Shown here: in pieces, positions 23,922-30,151 of the stretch
Position numbering within the stretch: position 1 is the stretch's first letter
Layout: each line of letters begins with the position of its first letter
Virus record (IMG/VR): IMGVR_UViG_3300046832_001180
Location: 1-31,276 of that record
Source: a virus
Lineage: Duplodnaviria > Caudoviricetes
Length of the DNA: 31,276 nucleotides
Reading direction: 5' to 3' (one strand)
Made by a program: the position numbers and the translations under genes
Notes under the pieces: generated by a model
What the model saw: only the letters and a program-made list of their open reading frames with translations
Told to the model about the DNA's origin: nothing
Databases searched by the model: none

Positions 23922-25106
23922 ATGGAAGAACCACTGAACTCACCTCTCGTCAACGCCGCGCAACCTCCCGACTTTGGCAGCTCATTCATCGACGCTTTCA
24001 AGGCAAGTGGCATTGATGACGCCGCATCGGCTGATGAGTCGGCCAATTCTGCCTCGCAGGTTACGGAAGAGCCGAAGGCGACGAAGCAGAAGCCGACCAA
24101 GCCAACTGACGCATCCAAGCTCAGCAAAGCCGAGATGGACATCGAGCGAATGTTCGGCACCAAGAAGCAGCAGGCCGATTCGGCTCCGACTTCTACGGAC
24201 GCTGATTCCGACATCCCCGAGACGATCAAGTCTACAAAGGCTGCTGATGCATTCCGCAAGATCAAGGAAGAGAAGGCGCAGCTCGCCAAGCAGCTTGAGG
24301 AATTGAAGTCTGGAAAGACCTCGAATCCTAACTACGAGGAGCAGCTCAAAGCGTTGCAGCAGGAGCGTGATACGCTTTCCGAGCGTGTCCGACTTCTCGA
24401 TGTCGAGCGTCATCCTGAGTTCGTCAAGAAGTACGAAGGCAAGATTAGCGGCGTCTTTGATTCCGTGAAGAACCTTGTCGGAAGCGATGGCGAGAGGCTC
24501 GTTGGCCTACTCAAGTCGCCCGAGAGCGATTACCGCAACTCGCAGATCGACGACATTGTCGAAGGGCTTTCTCCGTCCAAGAAGGCAAAGCTCGGCGCGC
24601 TAATTGTGAAGTACGACGAAATCAACGGCGAGAAAGCGTCAGAGATTTCCGAAGCCAAGTCCGATTACGACGCCATCATCTCGAAGTACCAGCAGGATAA
24701 CGAGCAGGGTACGAGGGCCGCATTGGAGTCGGCCACCAAGACTTGGGCTAAGGTCAGCGAGAATGCTCGCGCGCTTGAAATCTTCGAGCCGCGTGATGGC
24801 GATGAGGAATGGAACGGCGAGCTGAACCAGCGTCTGAGCCTCGCGCAGCAGATCTTCAATGGCGAGAACAGCGAAGAAGACCTCGCCAAGGCCGCTCTTT
24901 GGGCCGCTGCCGCACCTAAATACCGCGAGCTTCTCTATGCTCAGGTTGAGGTGAACAAACGCCTGCAAGCTGAACTTTCAAAGTATCGCGGAAGCGAGCC
25001 TGGAGTTACCTCGAAAGCGACATCTGGAGGTTCTCGTCCATCGAACACGAACACTGCGAAGAGCGAAGACTTTGTTGCCAGCGTGATGAAGTCGCTCGGA
25101 CGCTAA
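23922..25106 (+). CDS. Probable capsid scaffolding protein
   Basis: Acidic low-complexity N-terminus, long coiled coils, flexible linker and short C-terminal helix (EDFVASVMKSLGR); last gene of the packaging operon. Confidence 0.65.
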   Translation: MEEPLNSPLVNAAQPPDFGSSFIDAFKASGIDDAASADESANSASQVTEEPKATKQKPTKPTDASKLSKAEMDIERMFGTKKQQADSAPTSTDADSDIPETIKSTKAADAFRKIKEEKAQLAKQLEELKSGKTSNPNYEEQLKALQQERDTLSERVRLLDVERHPEFVKKYEGKISGVFDSVKNLVGSDGERLVGLLKSPESDYRNSQIDDIVEGLSPSKKAKLGALIVKYDEINGEKASEISEAKSDYDAIISKYQQDNEQGTRAALESATKTWAKVSENARALEIFEPRDGDEEWNGELNQRLSLAQQIFNGENSEEDLAKAALWAAAAPKYRELLYAQVEVNKRLQAELSKYRGSEPGVTSKATSGGSRPSNTNTAKSEDFVASVMKSLGR

Positions 25107-25113
25107 AACAATT

Positions 25114-25153
25114 ATCCCCCGATGGTTCTCATTACCACCGGGGGATTTTCGTT
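25114..25153. terminator. Probable bidirectional intrinsic terminator between convergent operons
   Basis: ATCCCCCGATGGT-tctcatt-ACCACCGGGGGAT hairpin, followed by TTTCGTTT on + and AATTGTTTT on -. Confidence 0.8.
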
Positions 25154-25161
25154 TAAATCAC

Positions 25162-25305
25162 TTATCTACGGTAAGGACCGCTTCCGATCGGAACCGGCTT
25201 TGCAACCGGCTTAATCGGAGGCTTCGGCGGAGGAGACTGCTTGTAAGGTCCGCTGCCGCCAACCTTAACAGACGGCGAACCTTTGTACGGTGCGTTATTG
25301 CTCAT
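25162..25305 (-). CDS. Pro/Lys/Gly-rich 47-aa peptide (not in ORF track)
   Basis: MSNNAPYKGSPSVKVGGSGPYKQSPPPKPPIKPVAKPVPIGSGPYRR. ATGA-coupled to the upstream stop; ends 15 nt before the terminator hairpin. Confidence 0.7.
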   Translation of the reverse strand: MSNNAPYKGSPSVKVGGSGPYKQSPPPKPPIKPVAKPVPIGSGPYRR

Positions 25306-25532
25306 TCTTTTGGGAGTGCATACCAGCCTTCATGGATGGTAATACGGTTCTGACTACGCACCGATTTGCCGCTCGCGTCAACGACCCAAACCTTAGCCTT
25401 AACGTCCTCAGCAAGCCTCACCGGCTCACCGTGGGGGACGTAAATCACTCGGCTCGCGCAGCTCACGCTCATGCTCGCGCACACGATCAAGAAGACCGCG
25501 CTTAAGATCAGGTTGTTTCTTGGCGTCTTCAT
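25302..25532 (-). CDS. Lipoprotein, probable o-spanin (Rz1-like)
   Basis: Basic N-terminus, hydrophobic stretch, lipobox-like SVS-C25, then ASRVIYVP. Overlaps the upstream gene in another frame. Confidence 0.65.
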   Translation of the reverse strand: MKTPRNNLILSAVFLIVCASMSVSCASRVIYVPHGEPVRLAEDVKAKVWVVDASGKSVRSQNRITIHEGWYALPKE

Positions 25533-25605
25533 TTGTTGTGTCCTGCTTGGTCAGCGCATGAAGCCAGATGACCAGCTTCATAACGAGGTCGGCCAGGAAG
25601 TTCAT
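25426..25605 (-). CDS. Probable i-spanin (Rz-like, 59 aa; not in ORF track)
   Basis: MNFLADLVMKLVIWLHALTKQDTTNEDAKKQPDLKRGLLDRVREHERELREPSDLRPPR. Hydrophobic N-terminus plus charged helix; ATGA-coupled to the holin-like gene. Confidence 0.55.
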   Translation of the reverse strand: MNFLADLVMKLVIWLHALTKQDTTNEDAKKQPDLKRGLLDRVREHERELREPSDLRPPR

Positions 25606-25796
25606 TCCGTCTGTTTAGCGGGTGCAGCAGCGGCTGATTGCTTGTTCTTCCACATAGACCAAGCGACGCCAGAAATGCTGACAGCAGCACCGGCCAATTC
25701 AGCAACCTGATCGGCGCTGGCCAACCCTTTGGCAACGATGAATCCACCGGCAGCGGTCAGGATGTGGCGGAGAAGAGAGGAGATATTAGCGTTCAT
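25602..25796 (-). CDS. Putative holin (2 TM, 64 aa)
   Basis: MNANISSLLRHILTAAGGFIVAKG...AGAAVSISGVAWSMWKNK: two hydrophobic helices and a basic tail. ATG at 25796 is ATGA-coupled. Confidence 0.65.
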   Translation of the reverse strand: MNANISSLLRHILTAAGGFIVAKGLASADQVAELAGAAVSISGVAWSMWKNKQSAAAAPAKQTE

Positions 25797-25987
25797 TTGT
25801 CGTTTTTGAGTTTGCGATAAAGTTCGACTGCTTTCACGACGCAAGTAAGAAGCGCGGCGAGCGCGCCAAGTGCCAATGACGCAGTCTTGAGATGAGGATC
25901 GGAGAATACCGCGTTCCCCAGAATGCCGATGGCCGGACCACCGACGCCGATTGAGATGTCTCTTAAAAAGGCGTGGTGGTCCGTCAT
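25793..25987 (-). CDS. Small membrane protein (holin/antiholin-like)
   Basis: Two hydrophobic segments and a basic C-terminus (LYRKLKNDK). Confidence 0.6.
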   Translation of the reverse strand: MTDHHAFLRDISIGVGGPAIGILGNAVFSDPHLKTASLALGALAALLTCVVKAVELYRKLKNDK

Positions 25988-25995
25988 CGTGGTGG

Positions 25996-26154
25996 TTAGT
26001 TAGTGTCCGCCTGCGATTGCTTGGCAGCTTCCAAAATCAGTTCGGCCAGAGGTACGCCGACCTTTGCATTCTGGAAACCGCCAGCCTTGATAGCGATATC
26101 AATAAGTTGCAGCAGGGTGTTCGTTTGCTCAGGAGTCAGTTCAATTTTAATCAT
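25996..26154 (-). CDS. Small helical protein downstream of the fiber genes (52 aa; not in ORF track)
   Basis: MIKIELTPEQTNTLLQLIDIAIKAGGFQNAKVGVPLAELILEAAKQSQADTN; ATGA overlap with the upstream stop. Confidence 0.7.
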   Translation of the reverse strand: MIKIELTPEQTNTLLQLIDIAIKAGGFQNAKVGVPLAELILEAAKQSQADTN

Positions 26155-26579
26155 GCCGTCGGAGCATCCGAAACAACCGGCTGCTCGTCAACAGCGGCGA
26201 CAGGAGTTTCCGCATTGACGAGCGGCGGCTCCACCTGCGGCAACATCGGCGGAACGATTTCAACCGGCGGTAACCACGGCAGCGGAGGAGCGATGATCGG
26301 CGGGTTGATCTGATTCTCGATTTGCGCGGTGACGTTCGCCTCAATCGCGCTCTGATCGACTCCGTTGCTGAAGCACCAGTTCAAGACTTGTTCCTGCGTC
26401 AAGTCTTCGTAAGGCGTGAAGCTACCACTCGGCGGAGCGAAGCTGGTCGATCCGTAGCAAGTGCCGCTGAACGATTCCTGAGTGCCGTTGCATCGCCAAT
26501 CGGCGGTGATGACGACATCGGTGTGAGTGCCTTCGGTCGGTTTGACCAACAGGCGTTCGATGATCCAAGAGATGTTCAT
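26151..26579 (-). CDS. Fiber-associated protein (possible assembly chaperone or tip)
   Basis: VVITADWRC...FTPYEDLTQEQVLNW...INPP....LPW; directly follows the fiber gene; Pro-rich tail. Confidence 0.65.
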   Translation of the reverse strand: MNISWIIERLLVKPTEGTHTDVVITADWRCNGTQESFSGTCYGSTSFAPPSGSFTPYEDLTQEQVLNWCFSNGVDQSAIEANVTAQIENQINPPIIAPPLPWLPPVEIVPPMLPQVEPPLVNAETPVAAVDEQPVVSDAPTA

Positions 26580-26586
26580 GGTGTGA

Positions 26587-27918
26587 TTAGAAAAGGTCGT
26601 TCCAAGTGGTTCCGTTGTAGCACTTCAACTTGTTGCTTGTGCTGTTGTAGTACACATCACCAGCTTCAGCACCAGCAGGATCTGAAGCGAGTGGAACAAA
26701 ACGCACTTGTCCTGTGTCTTTAATCCTAACCCGCTCTGTTCCACCGCTTCCTCCGGTAGAAAAAGTCAAATTTCCTACCGAATTGTAAACATCAGACACC
26801 GAAGTTTTGACGCGAACAACAAAGTCGCTGTTAGATCCATTCGTTGCTCCAAGTGCACTTTGGAATGTTCCGCTCGATGTGACATATGAAGAGATTTTTG
26901 CAAATGAATTGGTTCCATTTACAATCAGATTCCCGTTCGCATCGAGCGTCATCGAAGCCGTCGAGAAACCAGCAATGGTGTTTCCAGCCGTTCCAGCGAC
27001 ACCACTGTACCACAAATGCGCTCCAACACTTCCATCAACCAAATAACGAGCGGCAGCATTCGACGTTGCCAGCTTATACAGCCAACTGCCGCCAGATTCG
27101 CGATAACCGTTTGAAACAATATCGACTTGGTTGTTCGTTGATGTGCGGCCGGAAATCGAACCATTCTGACCGATTTCAATGACGTTGTATGAGTTATTCC
27201 ACGCACTCGGCGTAACGCCTATGCCGACGTTGCCGGACCCATTAATACGGAAAAACTCGCTCTTAGAAGTGGTTCCGGTTCCGATGGTAAACGCGCTGAC
27301 TCCAGCGGGTTGTCCCATGTACCAATCTTGAACACCGAATTGAGTTATGAGACAGAAAGCACCGTTCAGAGAACTTGTGGCATCGTTGTAAAACTGAGCA
27401 ATGTTTCCGCTGGTCGGATTAGATGCATTAACGCTTAGTCTATAACTCGGAGCGGCAGTTGCAATTCCAACATTTCCAGTATTACCGACAAACAACCTCA
27501 ACGCACTTGATGCAATATCAAAAAAGAAAAGGTTGTTTGCGTCGTCAGAGGCAAAACTTCTTCCAACCAAAAACCCGTTTGAAGCACCAGCGGCAGCATT
27601 TGCAAACGTAATAGAGTTCTGATTAGAACCCGAAATACGAAGTTGGTTTGATGCAGTAGCAGAGCTGACATCAAGCTCGTATGCTGGACTTGCCGTGCCA
27701 ATACCAACCTTACCACCAGTAACTTTCAAAGCACTGGTAGCCACCGTCAGATCGCCGGTGATGGTGGCGGTGCCAGGAACGACGATGTTATTGCCGCTCG
27801 GGCCAGTAGCCGTGTACAGCTCCGTGAAGTTCAGATTGCAGTAATCGAACGCTGTACGAAGCGGAGTTCCCGTTCCGTCGTTCGGTGCTGCGCCGATGTT
27901 AATGGTCTGTTTTGCCAT
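26587..27918 (-). CDS. Fiber protein with a T4 gp9/gp10-like N-terminal anchor
   Basis: MAKQTINIGAAPNDGTGTPLRTAF N-terminus; repeated G(K/N)VGI(G/A) fiber modules; C-terminal AGDVYYNSTSNKLKCYNGTTW. Confidence 0.85.
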   Translation of the reverse strand: MAKQTINIGAAPNDGTGTPLRTAFDYCNLNFTELYTATGPSGNNIVVPGTATITGDLTVATSALKVTGGKVGIGTASPAYELDVSSATASNQLRISGSNQNSITFANAAAGASNGFLVGRSFASDDANNLFFFDIASSALRLFVGNTGNVGIATAAPSYRLSVNASNPTSGNIAQFYNDATSSLNGAFCLITQFGVQDWYMGQPAGVSAFTIGTGTTSKSEFFRINGSGNVGIGVTPSAWNNSYNVIEIGQNGSISGRTSTNNQVDIVSNGYRESGGSWLYKLATSNAAARYLVDGSVGAHLWYSGVAGTAGNTIAGFSTASMTLDANGNLIVNGTNSFAKISSYVTSSGTFQSALGATNGSNSDFVVRVKTSVSDVYNSVGNLTFSTGGSGGTERVRIKDTGQVRFVPLASDPAGAEAGDVYYNSTSNKLKCYNGTTWNDLF

Positions 27919-27948
27919 GTGGGTGTATCCTAAAAGGTTTGTTAATGG

Positions 27949-28158
27949 TTAGATGAATTCGGTCATGTCCGCCGTGATGATCGTGGAATCAGCCGTAATC
28001 ACCGTGTTATCCGCCGTGATATCAGCCGTTCCGCCAAGAATCGACGCCTCCCAAAGTAGGCCAATCTCCAGCAGAATACGTTCGCGCGGACTCTTGCATG
28101 AAGCTCCTTGAGCCTCCGCAATCAATTCAGCCGCTTCAGTGCAGGAGATGTTTGCCAT
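27949..28158 (-). CDS. Small virion adaptor-like protein with TAD repeats (69 aa)
   Basis: N-terminus paralogous to 28165..28602; C-terminal GTAD-ITADNTV-ITADSTI-ITADMT. Confidence 0.75.
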   Translation of the reverse strand: MANISCTEAAELIAEAQGASCKSPRERILLEIGLLWEASILGGTADITADNTVITADSTIITADMTEFI

Positions 28159-28164
28159 GAGATT

Positions 28165-28602
28165 TTAGAACGGATGCGAAGTGATGTACCAAGCCGTCCC
28201 GTCCGATATGATGGTAATCGAATTCCACTGCGGGGACAGCACATGAGTCAGCGCGCCATCAATCGTCTCAGACGCATAGGCATCAACCGTAACCGTGTTC
28301 GCGCCGCTATTGATGCGCTTGAACACATAGATGCGGCCAGGAACCAACGCAACCGGAGGAAGCGTCAGCGTAATCGAACCGCCAGCGGCATTGCAGACCA
28401 AGAAGTAATCGCCGCTCACCACATTGCCGGTCGTCGTAACGGTCCGATACGCGCCGCGAGTCGCTCCACCGCCCTGGAGATACGTCGCGATGCGATTCTC
28501 AAGGGCCAGCTTTGCCAGCTCAATCTCCCATGGTGAACGACATCCCAGCGACGCCGCCTCATTGATCAGCGTCTCCGCCTCGTCGCATGTGATGTTTGGC
28601 AT
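28165..28602 (-). CDS. Virion protein with a T4 gp9/gp10/gp34-like beta module (145 aa)
   Basis: SITLTLP...GRIYVFKR...TVTV...ETIDG...SITIISDGTAWYI pattern. Confidence 0.7.
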   Translation of the reverse strand: MPNITCDEAETLINEAASLGCRSPWEIELAKLALENRIATYLQGGGATRGAYRTVTTTGNVVSGDYFLVCNAAGGSITLTLPPVALVPGRIYVFKRINSGANTVTVDAYASETIDGALTHVLSPQWNSITIISDGTAWYITSHPF

Positions 28603-28615
28603 ATCGGTTTAGAAT

Positions 28616-28903
28616 TTAAGCCATCGGGCCGCGTCCGCGCTGCATCACCTCGGCGATGAAACCGCCACCACCAGGAGCAGACTCCCCCATCTCCTCGCCC
28701 TCCTCATACTCCTCCTCGCCTCCCTCGGCCATCTTCTTACCCTTAGACTTCTTCTCGTAACCGGGGATAGCCATGCCATCAATCTCGATGACTTCCGCCT
28801 TTCCGTTCTTACCAAGAACGATAGTCGCCATCGTTTGGAAAGCCTCGCCTTCCTTCAAGTTCTCGGGGATTTCGACGCCTTTGGGAATGGTAAATACCGG
28901 CAT
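28616..28903 (-). CDS. Hypothetical protein with an acidic C-terminal linker (95 aa)
   Basis: ORF track; first gene after the promoter at 28910-28937. Confidence 0.75.
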   Translation of the reverse strand: MPVFTIPKGVEIPENLKEGEAFQTMATIVLGKNGKAEVIEIDGMAIPGYEKKSKGKKMAEGGEEEYEEGEEMGESAPGGGGFIAEVMQRGRGPMA

Positions 28904-28909
28904 GAAGCG

Positions 28910-28937
28910 AGCATCAGACTCATGGCATGTATGTCAA
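28910..28937 (-). promoter_or_regulatory. Putative sigma70-like promoter, probably giving a leaderless transcript
   Basis: TTGACA-N16-GATGCT-N6-ATG, immediately after a terminator; no SD. Confidence 0.5.
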
Positions 28938-28939
28938 TC

Positions 28940-28974
28940 AAAAACCCCCACCAGCCTTTCGGGCCGATGAGGGG
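28940..28974 (-). terminator. Intrinsic terminator downstream of the HNH gene
   Basis: - strand CCCTCATCGGCC-cgaaa-GGCTGGTGGGGG-TTTTT. Confidence 0.85.
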
Positions 28975-29009
28975 CTGCTCCAACAACGGAGCTGTAACAG
29001 ACAAACAAC

Positions 29010-30050
29010 CTATGAGATAATCCGGTCGATAGATTGAGACGAGGATGCGTCGATGGCAAGGGGCATTTTTGAACCTTTTGAAATGTTTTCGAACGCGGTC
29101 AGCGGCTGAAGATTCGTCCAGTGGCATAGCTTCTTCACTTCCTCTGGCGATTTCGCGGAAATCAGTGGAACGATGTGGTCGATGTGCCAGTAGCTACCAT
29201 AGTTCTGCCATGTCATGCCACCCTTGAACTTCGATTCCAGGTGCTTGCGAAGATCGTCTTTTGAACAGCCGATAATTTCAAAGCTGCTCATCTCGCCTTT
29301 CTGGCCAGCGTCAAGATATCGCCTGATGGAGCGACGCATTGAGTTGGCCAACCTAACAATCGGGTTTCCAGCTCTACGCTTAGCAAGCGCCTTGGAGATT
29401 TTGTCTCGGTTTTCTATGCCGTACTTCTGCTTGGCCAGCTTGATTTTCTCGGCGTTTTTGGCGCGGTAGAGTTTTCGGCGCTCGCGTATCGCATCTGCAT
29501 TTTTGATTCTATACTCACGTTGCCGAGACAGTGTGTCCGACTTTTTTGACTCGTACCTAGTCCTAAGCCTTTCAATTTCAGCGGCACGTTTTTCTTCAAA
29601 TTCCCGCTCCGTTATCCAAACCATTCTGCACGATCCGTCTGGGTGAGGATCTTGAAATCCCCAGAAAAACATACCGTCTTCTCGCTGAAAACCCCTTTTA
29701 AGACTTCGAATGAATCCATTTGCGTCATTTTCTTCAAGCCACTTAGCGGCAAGTTCCTTGATGCGGCTTCTGTAGCTCTTCATCGATTCTCGAACGCTTG
29801 AAAGATTCTTTCTGTAGTACTCCATGTTTCGCTCGTTCACAGAGTCCTTATTTTTGGAGTAGTACTCTCTAGCCTTGCGCTTGATTTCGTCTCTGTTTTG
29901 TTCGTATTTCTTGGCAAACCTATCGCAGTCTTTCTGCCGCAATTCGGCATATTTTTCTGGAGAAACCCAGTACTCCCTTTTTCCAATGAGATATTGCCAA
30001 AATAGCCACCCATCCGATTCACGCTTGTCTCCACGTTTCAATTCATTCAT
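29010..30050 (-). CDS. Free-standing HNH endonuclease with a duplicated N-terminal domain (probable homing endonuclease)
   Basis: C-terminal LRKHLESKF..GMTWQNYG..WHIDHIVP...LCHWTNLQPL...ENISKG; two LKRG..R.DG..FW repeats, each followed by basic helices. Confidence 0.87.
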   Translation of the reverse strand: MNELKRGDKRESDGWLFWQYLIGKREYWVSPEKYAELRQKDCDRFAKKYEQNRDEIKRKAREYYSKNKDSVNERNMEYYRKNLSSVRESMKSYRSRIKELAAKWLEENDANGFIRSLKRGFQREDGMFFWGFQDPHPDGSCRMVWITEREFEEKRAAEIERLRTRYESKKSDTLSRQREYRIKNADAIRERRKLYRAKNAEKIKLAKQKYGIENRDKISKALAKRRAGNPIVRLANSMRRSIRRYLDAGQKGEMSSFEIIGCSKDDLRKHLESKFKGGMTWQNYGSYWHIDHIVPLISAKSPEEVKKLCHWTNLQPLTAFENISKGSKMPLAIDASSSQSIDRIIS

Positions 30051-30059
30051 GCGACGACA

Positions 30060-30090
30060 ATTTTATTCACCCAACATCAGTTGTCAACTG
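30060..30090 (-). promoter_or_regulatory. Putative sigma70 promoter of the HNH gene with a palindrome over the -35
   Basis: TTGACA-N16-TAAAAT-N9-ATG; perfect inverted repeat CAGTTG-t-CAACTG at 30078-30090. Confidence 0.65.
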
Positions 30091-30098
30091 CGGAAGAT

Positions 30099-30135
30099 AA
30101 AAAGAAAAACCCCAGTAGATTGCTCCACTGGGGTT
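30099..30135 (-). terminator. Intrinsic terminator after the major capsid gene
   Basis: - strand CCCCAGTGGA-gcaa-TCTACTGGGG-TTTTTCTTTTT (GNRA loop). Confidence 0.9.
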
Positions 30136-30151
30136 GTGTTAATTAGGTAGC

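Noticed and set aside
16474-25160. Actively invertible segment
   Set aside because: No matching inverted repeats seen at the two strand-switch points and no recombinase in the window.
25529-25747. 72-aa - strand ORF with an apparent hydrophobic segment and Cys
   Set aside because: Alternative frame over the holin-like and Rz-like genes, which tile by ATGA coupling. Not fully excluded, but unsupported.
26587-27918. Diversity-generating retroelement target or shufflon in the fiber genes
   Set aside because: No reverse transcriptase, no TR/VR-like near-duplicate and no cassette repeats seen. The repeats are protein-level only.
27961-28030. 21-nt periodic DNA repeat as a mini-CRISPR or iteron
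   Set aside because: Degenerate at third codon positions; explained by the coding ITAD heptad.
29010-30050. Group I intron around the HNH gene
   Set aside because: The flanking genes are complete with their own stop and start, the gene is bounded by terminators, and no intron core is visible.
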